NCBI GenBank assembly: GCA_963778655.1
Contig: CAVZVA010000010.1
Span: 32,001 to 96,000 of the forward strand
DNA: 64,000 nt
From: an uncultured delta proteobacterium
Lineage (GTDB): Bacteria; Myxococcota_A; Polyangia; Polyangiales; JAFGIB01
Reading direction: 5' to 3'
The stretch's first letter is position 1; each line of letters begins with the position of its first letter. The notes under the pieces are model-generated. The model did not search any database. It was not told the origin of the DNA and worked only from the letters and a program-made list of their open reading frames with translations. This document shows, one piece after another, positions 1 through 9,347 of this stretch. The position numbers were made by a program, and so were the translations under genes.

Positions 1-255
1 CTCGTAGATGCGTGCGTTCAGCTTGCGCGCCTCCACCCGCTTGAACAGCGCGTCGAGACGTTGCACGGGCAAGCGATCGTTTGCCGCGTCCTGCCCCACA
101 ACCTCGGCCAGAATGTTGGCCGCGTCGACCAGCGGCTCCTCCGCGCTCTCCAAATACACGATGCGCAGCCGATCGACGATCACCGAGAGCGGGTACGCGA
201 AGCATAGCGCCAGGGTCGCGACGTATGCGCCGAACAGCAGCATCCCGAGCCTCAT
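1..255 (-). CDS. creC: Sensor histidine kinase CreC-like, N-terminal part (runs off window)
   Basis: Own translation MRLGMLLFGAYVATLALCFAYPLSVIVDRLRIVYLESAEEPLVDAANILAEVV resembles the CreC N-terminus (TM helix then LxDxAxxLAE). ATG overlaps the regulator stop (ATGA 252-255). Confidence 0.8.
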   Translation of the reverse strand, partial: MRLGMLLFGAYVATLALCFAYPLSVIVDRLRIVYLESAEEPLVDAANILAEVVGQDAANDRLPVQRLDALFKRVEARKLNARIYE

Positions 256-953
256 AGATCCTCGCGCAGGGAGTAGCCGCTACCGCGGTGCGTCACGATC
301 GGGTCGAGGTCGGGACGAATCGCGCGCAGCTTGGCGCGCAGGTTCTTGATGTGCGCGTCGACCGTGCGATCCAGGCTCTGTTCCGGCTGCTCCCACACCC
401 GGGTCATGAGCTGTTCGCGCGTGAACACCTGTCCCGGACGCCCGATGAAGACCGTCAGGATGTCGTATTCGTACCTGGAGAGCGAAAGCGGCTCGCCGAA
501 GTACTTGACCTGACGTTTCTCGTGGATGACCACGAGCGCTCCCTCCGGCTCCGGGCCCAGTGCCTGCTGCGGCGCTCGGGCCGGCCCTTGCGCGCGGCGC
601 AGCACCGCCTTGACGCGCGCCGACAGCTCGCGCGGACTGAACGGCTTGACCACGTAGTCGTCGGCTCCGATCTCTAGCCCGAGCACGCGGTCCAGCTCCG
701 CGTTGCGCGCGGTCAGCATGATGACGGGCGTGCGATGAAGCTTGCGGATCTCCTTGAGCAGGTCGAAGCCGCTGATGTCCGGCAGCCCGACGTCGAGCAC
801 CACCAGGTCCACGCCGCGCCGCTCCAGCATATCGAGCACGTCGCCACCGGTCGCGAGCTGCAACGTGTCGAGACCTTCACTCTCGAGCGCGAAGCGAATG
901 TTGTCTCGTATCGCCGGCTCGTCGTCGACGATGAGGACCGTGGGCTTGTTCAT
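252..953 (-). CDS. creB: OmpR-family two-component response regulator CreB-like
   Basis: Receiver motifs VLIVDDE, LDVGLPD, GADDYVVKPFSPREL and winged helix DRTVDAHIKNLRAKL..THRGSGYSL. Coupled to a creC-like gene. Confidence 0.85.
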   Translation of the reverse strand: MNKPTVLIVDDEPAIRDNIRFALESEGLDTLQLATGGDVLDMLERRGVDLVVLDVGLPDISGFDLLKEIRKLHRTPVIMLTARNAELDRVLGLEIGADDYVVKPFSPRELSARVKAVLRRAQGPARAPQQALGPEPEGALVVIHEKRQVKYFGEPLSLSRYEYDILTVFIGRPGQVFTREQLMTRVWEQPEQSLDRTVDAHIKNLRAKLRAIRPDLDPIVTHRGSGYSLREDL

Positions 954-968
954 CTGTCGCACCGAAAG

Positions 969-1733
969 CTAGTCGGGCACCCGCGCAGAGGATAGCCGAT
1001 TGCGCGCGCCTCGATACAGCCACCCGAGCACGGCGACGGCGCAAGCGAGCGAAGGTGTGAGCAGCGCGTGCTCCGCGAAGGCGCCCGGGTGCTGCAGCCA
1101 GGCGCCGTGGGCGAACGGCAAGAGCAACACCACGCCCAGGTACCACAGCAAGGGCGCGACTTTTGCGCGGGGCGACGAGGTCGAGGCGCAGGTGCAGCGC
1201 TGGATCAGCCCGCAGCTCGCAAACAGCGTGCTGCAATACAGCACCACGCCCAGCGCTCGATGCAGGCGCGCTCTGGTGAGCAGGCCGGCGTAGATGTCGG
1301 CGTCGTAGAGCTGCGCGGCCAGGGCGATGCGTAGCCCATTGGTCGCCAGCGTCGCGAGGTACGCCGCCAGCGCGCTCGCACACAGCCAGGCGAGCTTGCG
1401 GCGCGTCCCTGCGAAGCTCGCTTGAGCGCAGAAGTAGAACGCGAGCCAGGCCACCACCAGAAAGGTCACCCCTGCGCAAGGCGGTCCGACCACCATGCGG
1501 GGCGCGTGGCTGATGAAGCCGGCGCCGGGCTCGCGCACGAGCCGGAGCCCGCCGGCGTGGCCGGCCAGCCAACAGCTGGGCGCCAGCAGCCAGCCGAGCG
1601 CGTCGGCCCCAGCGCTGCTGCACGCGCGCTTGAGCGCGCAGGCGCACGCCAGCGCCAGGATCCCGACTGCGATGCCGGCGCGACCCGAGGCCCGCGGCAA
1701 GCGCGTGGCGTAAGCCCGGGCCACACGCGTCAT
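969..1733 (-). CDS. xrtK: Exosortase K-like membrane transpeptidase
   Basis: Multi-TM protein with LGWLLAPSCWL, Cys in PPCAGVTF, Arg in NGLRIA and His in RLHRALG (exosortase C-R-H triad). ATG overlaps the stop of the upstream VIT gene. Confidence 0.75.
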   Translation of the reverse strand: MTRVARAYATRLPRASGRAGIAVGILALACACALKRACSSAGADALGWLLAPSCWLAGHAGGLRLVREPGAGFISHAPRMVVGPPCAGVTFLVVAWLAFYFCAQASFAGTRRKLAWLCASALAAYLATLATNGLRIALAAQLYDADIYAGLLTRARLHRALGVVLYCSTLFASCGLIQRCTCASTSSPRAKVAPLLWYLGVVLLLPFAHGAWLQHPGAFAEHALLTPSLACAVAVLGWLYRGARNRLSSARVPD

Positions 1734-3754
1734 GTCCGCCCTGCGCAAAGCTTGACCCTCCGGCGGCGCTCGGCCAGCAGCAGGAACGCGAGCACCGGCA
1801 CGAGCACCCAGAGCAGCTCCGGCTCGGCTCCCGATGCGTATTGCCCGCCGTCGCCGACCGCGAGATCCGACACGCCGAGCGGGAGCGGCAGCGGTTGGTC
1901 GACGTGGCTCGCAGGCTGCTTGCGGTTACGGATCTGCTCCAGCACGGCGATGAACGAGGTGTATTTCGTCAGCAGCGCGTAGCTGAGCCCGAGCGAGGTG
2001 ACCTCGCGGGCGACCTCGGCGTCGCTTCCGTCGACGTCGAAGTCCGACAGGCGTGCGATGCGGCTGCGCGCCCACAGCTGCGGAAGGGCCGCGTTCTCGG
2101 CTCGCGGGATGCTGTCGGCCACCGGAACGGTCGCCGCGAATGGGCCGGTGGCGGCGCGGCCGCGCACCTCGATCACCCCGGCGGGCTGACCGCGAAACTT
2201 GCCGAACACCAGGATCGGGCGCTGCGCGAACAGATCCGGCTGCTGTGGCGGCTCCACGCCGTATGCATCGAAGCCGTCGAAGCTCACCGACACCTCGGTC
2301 AGCAATGGCGACTCGATGTAGCGCCGGAAGCGCCGGGCGGTGGCGGCCGCCTGCTGCGGCTTGGTGACCACGAACGGCTCGCCCTGACCGGCGCGGGCAA
2401 GCCCTTCGATCAAGTAACGGTTGACACTCGAGCCGATGCCGAACGCGAACACGTTGGTGTCGTGCAGGTGCTGCGCGATCAGCTCGAACGCGCCGCGCTC
2501 CTGCGCGATGTAGCCGTCTGTGAGCACGACCACCGAGCGCGACACGTGCTGGCCCCGGGGCAGCGCGTAGACGCGGCGCAGCGCGCCTTCGAGCTCGGTA
2601 CCGCCGCCTCCGCGCTCGTGCGAGATCAGCTCGAGCGCGCGCGCCACGTTGGCCTCGGTCGCCGGCAACGAGCGCGGCGAGAGCGTGTATGCGTCGCCCG
2701 AGAACAGGACCACGTTGAAACTGTCGGTCGGCCGCAGATGCGAGATCAGGTCCTCGATCAAGGCCTTCGCGGTGTCGAGCGGAAAGCCGTACATCGAGCC
2801 CGATACGTCGAGCACGAACACGTATTCGCGCGGCGGGATTGCGGACTGCTCCACGCGCGCAGGCGGCTGCAGCATGAGCAAGAAGTGGTTCTCCCGCTCG
2901 CCCTGGTACAGCAAGAGGCCGCTCTCGATCTGCGCGCCGGACAGCCGATAGTCGAGAATGAAATCCCGATCGCCGCCGAAGCTCTTCGGATCGCGCAGGG
3001 AAACGTGCGCCAGGCTCGGGGCGTCCCAGGCGACGCTGACGTCGTGCGAGGGGCAGCGCAGGTCGGAAAGCGGCACGCCCGACGACAGGTTCACCCGGAT
3101 CGAGAAGCTGGTGGGCGGGACGTCGCCCTGGTGCAGGTAAGGGCTGTGCACGAAGGCGTCCGTGGCCGCCGCGTCGGCGGCGGGGCTGCTGGCGTAGCGC
3201 GGCCCGACCACGGTCGGATACACGAGCTGGTAGACTCCCTCCTCGGGAACCAGCAGCTCGCTGTAGCGCAACTCGACCTCCACACGGTCTCCCGGCATGA
3301 TGTTCGCCACCGACATGGTGAAGACATTCGGCCGCTCCTGCTCGAGCAAGGACGCGCTCTTGCCGGCGGCGGTGGCCTGGCGAAACGCCTGGGTCGCCTG
3401 GTCGCGGGGTTTGATCTTCGCGATCACGCGCTTGTCGCCGATGCGCAGCTGCAGGCCGTGCACGGCCGCGCGCGTCGAGGCCGGAAACACGTAGCGCGCA
3501 TTGATGGGAACGGTGCCGTCGTTGCGATAGGTCTGCTTGACGGTGACGTCCGCGATCACGCCGCTGACGTTCGCGACCACGTCCGTGGCCTCGAGCGGAA
3601 AGCGCTCGACCGCGTCGTGCGCCCCCTCGACGAAGAAATAGGGTGAAAGTGTGCGCTCCGGGTCTTGTGTCTGCCAGTCCTGCGCCTGCGCGCGCGCCGC
3701 GTTCCCGAAGATCCCTAAGAGGCCGAGCACAACCATAAAGCGTCCTGCGTTCAT
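1730..3754 (-). CDS. Secreted VIT + vWA domain protein with PEP-CTERM-like sorting tail
   Basis: Sec signal (..NAARAQA), VIT domain (ADVTVKQTYRN..ARYVFP..NVFTMSVANI), vWA MIDAS (DVSGSM, GGT, LTDG), C-terminal GAEPE + hydrophobic helix + ERRRR. Confidence 0.9.
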   Translation of the reverse strand: MNAGRFMVVLGLLGIFGNAARAQAQDWQTQDPERTLSPYFFVEGAHDAVERFPLEATDVVANVSGVIADVTVKQTYRNDGTVPINARYVFPASTRAAVHGLQLRIGDKRVIAKIKPRDQATQAFRQATAAGKSASLLEQERPNVFTMSVANIMPGDRVEVELRYSELLVPEEGVYQLVYPTVVGPRYASSPAADAAATDAFVHSPYLHQGDVPPTSFSIRVNLSSGVPLSDLRCPSHDVSVAWDAPSLAHVSLRDPKSFGGDRDFILDYRLSGAQIESGLLLYQGERENHFLLMLQPPARVEQSAIPPREYVFVLDVSGSMYGFPLDTAKALIEDLISHLRPTDSFNVVLFSGDAYTLSPRSLPATEANVARALELISHERGGGGTELEGALRRVYALPRGQHVSRSVVVLTDGYIAQERGAFELIAQHLHDTNVFAFGIGSSVNRYLIEGLARAGQGEPFVVTKPQQAAATARRFRRYIESPLLTEVSVSFDGFDAYGVEPPQQPDLFAQRPILVFGKFRGQPAGVIEVRGRAATGPFAATVPVADSIPRAENAALPQLWARSRIARLSDFDVDGSDAEVAREVTSLGLSYALLTKYTSFIAVLEQIRNRKQPASHVDQPLPLPLGVSDLAVGDGGQYASGAEPELLWVLVPVLAFLLLAERRRRVKLCAGRT

Positions 3755-3830
3755 GTCCCTGCGTCCTTGGTTTGAGCTTGGGTGCTTCAGCCAAGCTACG
3801 GGACGAGCATGAAGCGCATGCGTGCGGTGG

Positions 3831-3846
3831 ATGAAAAGCGCGTGAA
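3831..3846 (-). promoter_or_regulatory. CreB-binding cre-tag-like direct repeat TTCAC-N6-TTCAT
   Basis: Minus strand reads TTCAC GCGCTT TTCAT, one mismatch to TTCAC-N6-TTCAC, ~77 bp upstream of the operon encoding CreB. A further in-phase TTCAT lies at 3809-3813. Confidence 0.6.
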
Positions 3847-4052
3847 AGCGCCATCACCAGACGTCCTCGCGGACGCCCGGCGGGCGACGCCGGCCGATGC
3901 GCGACGTCGGCGGCAATTCTTTGGGCGCTATAGGTAAGTGCGCGAGACCGCGTCCGGGACCCAATTGGTCCGCGATCCGCAAGCAGCGAAGTGGCGATGC
4001 TCCCGGGTCGCGCGCGCCGCGCGCTCTGGCCAAGCGGCGCACGGCAAGGCAT

Positions 4053-4122
4053 AGTACGCCGTACGGCTAACGCTGTACGGGTAACGGTGTCCAAGTAAGG
4101 GTGTCAAGGTAACGGCGCGCAA
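4053..4122 (+). repeat. Five degenerate 14-bp tandem repeats
   Basis: agtacgccgtacgg / ctaacgctgtacgg / gtaacggtgtccaa / gtaagggtgtcaag / gtaacggcgcgcaa. Confidence 0.5.
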
Positions 4123-4171
4123 CCGCAGATGCTCGGACGCGAGCCTGCGCTCATGCCGTGGAGGTCGCTCC

Positions 4172-6163
4172 ATGCGTCTGCAACGATTGATCCTTTTCGC
4201 CGTGCTCTATGCGCTCGCCGGCTGCGGCGCGGACACGGGCGGAAGCGACCGCACAGGAGGGGGCAACCCGTTCGGCAATGCGTCGGCAGCGAAGACGAGC
4301 AATTCCTCGGGTGCAATCCCCGGCGGCTCGACCACGCAGCTCATCCCGTCGGGCTCGAGTTCGCCGCAAGCAACGCCGAACGGCTCGAGCCCGGGCTCGA
4401 ACGCGCAACCCAAGATGCCTGTCTCGATCGACCAGACCGGCGCGGACAATCCAGCGGGCCTGAGCGCCCAGGACGTGGCGACGCTGATGGCGGGCGGGCC
4501 GACCGGCGCGCTGAGGCTGCTCTACCCGTACGACGGAACCGTGTTCCCTCGAGGCCTGCTCGCACCGCTGTTGATGTGGGACGGCGGCTCGCCGGACGCC
4601 GTATATGTGCACATCCAGGCACAGAGCTTCGAATACAAGGCCGTGCTCAAGCCGGACACCGACCCGACCACCGGCGCGCCGCAGCTTCAGATCCCGCAGG
4701 ACGTGTGGGTCAAAGCCGGCCAGCAGACCAACGGCAAGACCGACCCTTTCACGCTCGAGCTCACGGCGCGCGTCGGCGGCGCCGCAGCCGGACCGATCAC
4801 GCTTCACTTCGTCATCGCGCAAGCGACCGTCAAGGGCTCGATCTACTACAACAGCTACGCGTCGCAGCTTGCGGGCGCGGCCGTCGGCGGCAACGTGCTA
4901 CGCATCCCCGCTGGCGGCCAGGTCGAGCTGTTCAACTCGACCGAGTGCAATGGTTGCCACGCCGTATCCGCCGACGGTTCGACCATGTTGTCGCAGATCG
5001 ATCTCGTCAGCGGCGGCGAGTCGTATCAGCTCACCCCCGGCGGCGCCCCCAATCCGACCGGCAGCCCAGCCGGTGATCGCGTCTCGTTCGGCGCGCTCTA
5101 CCCCGACGGCTCGAAGTACCTCTCCACCTCCACCGCCGCGCCGGTCGGGCATGCAGACATCGCGCAGGCGCCGGGGACACCCGCGGACTCGGCGCTCTAC
5201 GACACTGCCACGGGTGAAGTAGTGCCGAACACCGGCGTGCCCACCGGCGCGATCATGCCGATGTTCTCTCCCGACGGCACGCGGCTTGCGTTCAACGACT
5301 TCGCAATCGACAGCGCGCACGGTCTGGCCGTGATGGACTACGACGTCCACACCGACAAGGCGATCAACTACCGGGCGCTGACCCACGAGGACGGCAACAT
5401 CCGGCCGGGCTGGCCGTTCTTTCTTCCGGACGACAGGGCGATCGTGTTCGTGCGCACAGACAGTGGGGACTTCTCCGGAAACGGGGCCTTCATCGGCGCG
5501 GGCATGTTCGCCCAGCTCGCGGGGCCATTCGCGTCTCTGGCCAGCGCACCCGTCGCTGGACCGTTCTCCGACCTGAACATCGTCGACGTCGAGAGCGGCA
5601 CGGTCACGGTGCTCGCCAAGGCCATGGGCTTCGATACGCCGGACGACGCAGCCAATGACAAGTCGTACCTGCCGTTCCCGGACGAGCTCCACCAGGCGTA
5701 CTTTCCGACCGTCGCGCCGATCGCAGCGGGCGGCTATTTCTGGCTGTTCTTCGACTCGATCCGGCACTACGGCAACCTGGGCATGCAGCGCCAGCTGTGG
5801 GGCGCCGCGATCGACATTGCGCCCGACGGCAACTACGCCTACGACCCGAGCCATCCCGCGTTCTACCTGCCGGGCCAGGAGTTCGGCGCCGGCAACCATC
5901 GCGCCTTCGCCGCTCTCGACCCTTGCAAACAAGACGGCGACTCGTGCACGAGCGGGATCGATTGCTGTGGCGGAACCTGCAGCTTGCCCGAGGACACGGG
6001 TGAATTCTCGGACCCGGTCGGTACCTGCGCACCGCCGAAGATGAACACCTGCGCCAAACGCGACGAGCGCTGCGCCACGACCGCGGACTGCTGCCCGCCC
6101 GCGCCCGGAGAGACCAGCAACGTCTGCATCGCGGGTTTCTGCGCGTTCATCTCCGTGAAGTGA
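4172..6163 (+). CDS. Lipoprotein with TolB/PD40-like beta-propeller and Cys-rich C-terminal repeats
   Basis: Lipobox LAGC, Gly/Ser linker, LLYPYDGTVFPRGL, PMFSPDGTRLAF, WPFFLPDDR, and two C-x6-C-x5-CC units at the C-terminus. Confidence 0.8.
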   Translation: MRLQRLILFAVLYALAGCGADTGGSDRTGGGNPFGNASAAKTSNSSGAIPGGSTTQLIPSGSSSPQATPNGSSPGSNAQPKMPVSIDQTGADNPAGLSAQDVATLMAGGPTGALRLLYPYDGTVFPRGLLAPLLMWDGGSPDAVYVHIQAQSFEYKAVLKPDTDPTTGAPQLQIPQDVWVKAGQQTNGKTDPFTLELTARVGGAAAGPITLHFVIAQATVKGSIYYNSYASQLAGAAVGGNVLRIPAGGQVELFNSTECNGCHAVSADGSTMLSQIDLVSGGESYQLTPGGAPNPTGSPAGDRVSFGALYPDGSKYLSTSTAAPVGHADIAQAPGTPADSALYDTATGEVVPNTGVPTGAIMPMFSPDGTRLAFNDFAIDSAHGLAVMDYDVHTDKAINYRALTHEDGNIRPGWPFFLPDDRAIVFVRTDSGDFSGNGAFIGAGMFAQLAGPFASLASAPVAGPFSDLNIVDVESGTVTVLAKAMGFDTPDDAANDKSYLPFPDELHQAYFPTVAPIAAGGYFWLFFDSIRHYGNLGMQRQLWGAAIDIAPDGNYAYDPSHPAFYLPGQEFGAGNHRAFAALDPCKQDGDSCTSGIDCCGGTCSLPEDTGEFSDPVGTCAPPKMNTCAKRDERCATTADCCPPAPGETSNVCIAGFCAFISVK

Positions 6164-6643
6164 CCGCCCGGCAGATCGCGTGCCGTGCGCGGCCGTCACG
6201 GGGGCAGCACTCGGGCCGCTTGCAGGTCGGGTCCAACCGCGGCTACAACTCTTGGCCAGCTCGCAGGACGCCTTCACCGTTCGAACGACAAGCGCAGTCT
6301 CAATGAGGACCTGGAGCTTCTCGGTTGGCTGTGCGCACCCGAGCGCGGCTGCCGGCCCGGCCGCGAGGCCTGCCTCGGTGCCGGTCGAAGCACGACCCGC
6401 CGCGGTCACCGAATCTGCCACGGCAGCGGCCCTCGAGCGGGTTTGGGGCCCGCGCTGACACTCGGCCATGCCGGCCGCTGCTCGGTGCTCGCGCCCTTGC
6501 TGTTGCGCGATCAGGTAGAATTGTCGCGGCGGTATGGCCAATGCCCGTTGTGGCTGGTACCCGAGACCGCGCGGCGCGAGCTGGAGCAGATCAGCGGTAG
6601 AGGAGCTGCGGCCTGAAGACCGCCGGGCCAGGGAGGCGGGCGG

Positions 6644-7501
6644 CTACCTCGACTTGATGAAGGTGCCCTGCTCGAGCTCGCGGAACGCCGTTCGCAGCTC
6701 CTGTGCGGTGTTCATCACGATTGGCCCCTGCCACGCGATCGGCTCGCGAATCGGCTTGCCGGAGATCAACAGGAAGCGCAATGCCTCGCCGGCGGTCGAG
6801 GCCTCGACCTGGTCCCCGTCGCCGAACAGGACCAAGTGCCGGTCCCCGATCGCGCGATCCCGAGCCGCGTCGAGGTAGCCGCTGCCCCCGATCACGTAGG
6901 CAAACACGGTGTGGCCGCGCGGAGTCGCGTGCAGAAAGCTGCCGTTCGCGGGCACGCTCACGTCGAGATACTCGGGTTGGATGGCGACGTCCCGGACGGG
7001 TCCGACCACACCGGCGACCTCGCCGGCGACGATCTTGATCGCGGCGCCGCCGGAGGCCGTGACCGTGGGAATCTCCGACGCGGTGATCCCCTGGTAGCGG
7101 GGCGCGCTCATCTTCTTGGCGGCGGGCAGGTTGGCCCACAGCTGGAAGCCGTACATCGCGCCCCCGGCGTCTCCCTTCGGCATCTCCTGGTGGATGATCC
7201 CGCTTCCAGCGCTCATCCACTGCACGTCCCCCGGCGTGATCACGCCGCGATTGCCAAGGCTGTCGCGGTGCTCGACCTCGCCACGCAGCACGTAGGTGAT
7301 CGTTTCCATGCCCCGGTGTGGATGCCAGGGAAAGCCGGCGGAGTATGCGTCCGGCTGGTCGGAGCGAAAGTCGTCCAGCAGCAGAAATGGATCGTGCTGC
7401 TCCGGATCGCCGAACCCGATCGCGCGATGCAGGTGAACGCCTGCGCCCTCGACGGTCGCGCGGCTCTTGCTGACATGGCGGATAGGCCGAGTCTCGGTCA
7501 T
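6644..7501 (-). CDS. Pirin family protein
   Basis: [53 protein letters not shown]. Confidence 0.95.
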   Translation of the reverse strand: MTETRPIRHVSKSRATVEGAGVHLHRAIGFGDPEQHDPFLLLDDFRSDQPDAYSAGFPWHPHRGMETITYVLRGEVEHRDSLGNRGVITPGDVQWMSAGSGIIHQEMPKGDAGGAMYGFQLWANLPAAKKMSAPRYQGITASEIPTVTASGGAAIKIVAGEVAGVVGPVRDVAIQPEYLDVSVPANGSFLHATPRGHTVFAYVIGGSGYLDAARDRAIGDRHLVLFGDGDQVEASTAGEALRFLLISGKPIREPIAWQGPIVMNTAQELRTAFRELEQGTFIKSR

Positions 7502-7798
7502 GGCGATCCAGTCCTTTGTGAGTCTCGTGTTCGCGGGGCGCGGCGCCTGTGACGAGAATGTGAGGCCGCGACGCGGACAGGCAAGGCCCAGGCATGGCCG
7601 GCGGCCGAGCCAGTCGCGCGTCCATCCTCTTCATGCCACAACCTGCGGCGCTCGGCGGCGGCCGAAGTCCGACAATCGCCCGGGCGCGGGCGCTCGCTGG
7701 CGGCCGGTGGCACGTCGCCCCGCGAGCAACACCGGCAAGCCTCTGCCGCTCGCGCGGCAGCTTGCCGTGCCAACTGGAACCGTCCGCCTAACTCGAGA

Positions 7799-7848
7799 CT
7801 AAATGACCGATCACGATTCGGGAACGGCCATCCCGATCGGTCATTTAG
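7799..7848. repeat. 50-bp palindromic REP/MITE-like element, copy 1
   Basis: CTAAATGACCGATC...GATCGGTCATTTAG with 14-bp perfect terminal inverted repeats; 47/50 identical to 51232-51281. Confidence 0.85.
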
Positions 7849-7945
7849 CGCTGCGGCGGATGCCGCACCGCCGCGAGAGGGTGAGTGCGCAAGGCTTTGC
7901 CTCGCGCACAGGGAGTCGGCGCGACTCCCTGACAATCAAAGGAGA

Positions 7946-7989
7946 AAATCAGAGTTTGTGATTCGATCCCGAATCGCGAGCTCTGATTT
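7946..7989 (-). terminator. Long stem-loop at the 3' end of the amidohydrolase gene (putative intrinsic terminator)
   Basis: aaatcagagtttgtgattcg-atcc-cgaatcgcgagctctgattt: 20-bp arms with 3 non-Watson-Crick positions, followed by a T-rich tract on the minus strand. Confidence 0.55.
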
Positions 7990-9139
7990 AGCCCAGCATC
8001 CCGCCCATCATCTGCTCGAAGTTCGCGCGGTAGAACAGCTCCTTGGCTGCTTCGTCGATGTCGTCCATCGTCCGCTCGAACCGTCCCAGCGGGTCGGTCG
8101 TCCCCTCCGGGTGCGGATAGTCGCTCGAAAACATGAACAGGTCGGCGCCACCGTCTTTGATCATGCGGCCGACGTCCTCGCCGGGGAACGGCGTGAACTT
8201 CATGGCGCGACGGATGTACTCCGAAGGCTTGAGCGAGAGCTGCCGCAGGTAGGGGTCGGTTTTCACGAACGCCTTGTGGGCGAAGTCGAGCTGCCGCAGA
8301 AACTCCGGAACCCAGCCCGCGCCCGACTCGATCACGCCGCCGCGCAGCTCCGGGAAGCGTTCGAACACGCCATCGTAGACCATGGCGGTGAGGAAGATCT
8401 GCGGCGCGACGTTGAGCAGCATGTAGTCGGCGAAGCGGAGGTTTTCGCCACCGCCGTGCAGGTCGGGCGCGCGCTCGCGACCGTTGTTGTGGAAGGTCCT
8501 CGGTTGGGTCTTGGTGCCGGGCCCGATGTGCAGCATGAACGGCGTGTCGCGCTCGCAAAGCCGGGCCCAGAACGGATCGAGATCGGGGTGCCCCGGCGAG
8601 CGCTCGCCCGCCGGACCAGCGGACACCTGGATGGCACGGCACCCGGCGTCGAGTGCCGCGTCGAGCTCTTCGAGCGCACGCCGCGGGTCGTTCAGCGGCA
8701 CGTAGCCCACGCCGATGAGCCGTCGATCCTCCGAGCAAAACGCACCCATCGCGCGATTGTGGGCCCGGACGCCCCGGTACATGAGGTCTGGGTCCTTGGC
8801 GGCGAGCGCCGGTCCCAGCGAAGCGGTCGGAAACACGAGCTGGCTCGTGAACCCGAGCTGGTCGAGCACGGCCTTGCGCTCCGCGCCGTCGAAGGCGCCG
8901 AACGCGGTCCAACCCTTGGGGCCGGCGATCGGATTCTCCGCGGCCTTCGCGCGTGCGACGGGATCGTGCCGGCGCTGCTTCGCCTCGTCCAGCAGCCGAT
9001 CGATGCGGTTGGGCGCGCGCCCGTAGAGCGGTCGCAACTTCTCGGTGAGCTCGACATCCAAGTAGGGATCGAGCCACTCGCGCGTTTCCATGACGTGGCT
9101 ATCCGCGTCGTGACAGATGCGGCCGCTGACGTAGGGCAT
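7988..9139 (-). CDS. Amidohydrolase family protein (Amidohydro_2)
   Basis: DADSHVME, PFMLHIG, VIESGAGWVP, FMFSSDYPHPEG. Start at MPYVSG follows GGGAGG. Confidence 0.9.
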   Translation of the reverse strand: MPYVSGRICHDADSHVMETREWLDPYLDVELTEKLRPLYGRAPNRIDRLLDEAKQRRHDPVARAKAAENPIAGPKGWTAFGAFDGAERKAVLDQLGFTSQLVFPTASLGPALAAKDPDLMYRGVRAHNRAMGAFCSEDRRLIGVGYVPLNDPRRALEELDAALDAGCRAIQVSAGPAGERSPGHPDLDPFWARLCERDTPFMLHIGPGTKTQPRTFHNNGRERAPDLHGGGENLRFADYMLLNVAPQIFLTAMVYDGVFERFPELRGGVIESGAGWVPEFLRQLDFAHKAFVKTDPYLRQLSLKPSEYIRRAMKFTPFPGEDVGRMIKDGGADLFMFSSDYPHPEGTTDPLGRFERTMDDIDEAAKELFYRANFEQMMGGMLG

Positions 9140-9215
9140 CCCGACCTCCCTCGGCGCTGAACGCCGGCTCCACAGCTGCCAGCCGCCGCGCAGCCGAAGC
9201 GCGCGCTGGAGGCTG

Positions 9216-9245
9216 TCAGTAATTTGCGCATACCCCAATTACTGA
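9216..9245. promoter_or_regulatory. Inverted repeat TCAGTAATT-N12-AATTACTGA, putative TetR operator
   Basis: Perfect 9-bp AT-rich arms upstream of the amidohydrolase and next to a TetR gene. Confidence 0.55.
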
Positions 9246-9347
9246 AGCCGGTCAACGACGGCGAGGGCGCGCGCCCGCGGAAAGGCCGAATGCGCCAGAA
9301 TCCACCAAGCGCGCCGGGTCGAGGCCGAATCGGGCCTCGCCCCCGCG

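Noticed and set aside
1841..4094. Long alternative ORFs 1841-3646 (+) and 1926-4094 (-), and similar ones such as 23536-26148, 4898-6541 and 34926-36581
   Set aside because: Shadow frames of high-GC genes: Arg/Ala-rich, no motifs, fully overlapping better-supported genes.
7750..7775. Sigma54 promoter TTGGCACG on the minus strand upstream of pirin
   Set aside because: GG-N10-GC spacing is off by one.
7785..7850. GCCTAAC followed by a palindrome as an integron attC site
   Set aside because: No complementary GTTRRRY end, no integrase and no cassette array.
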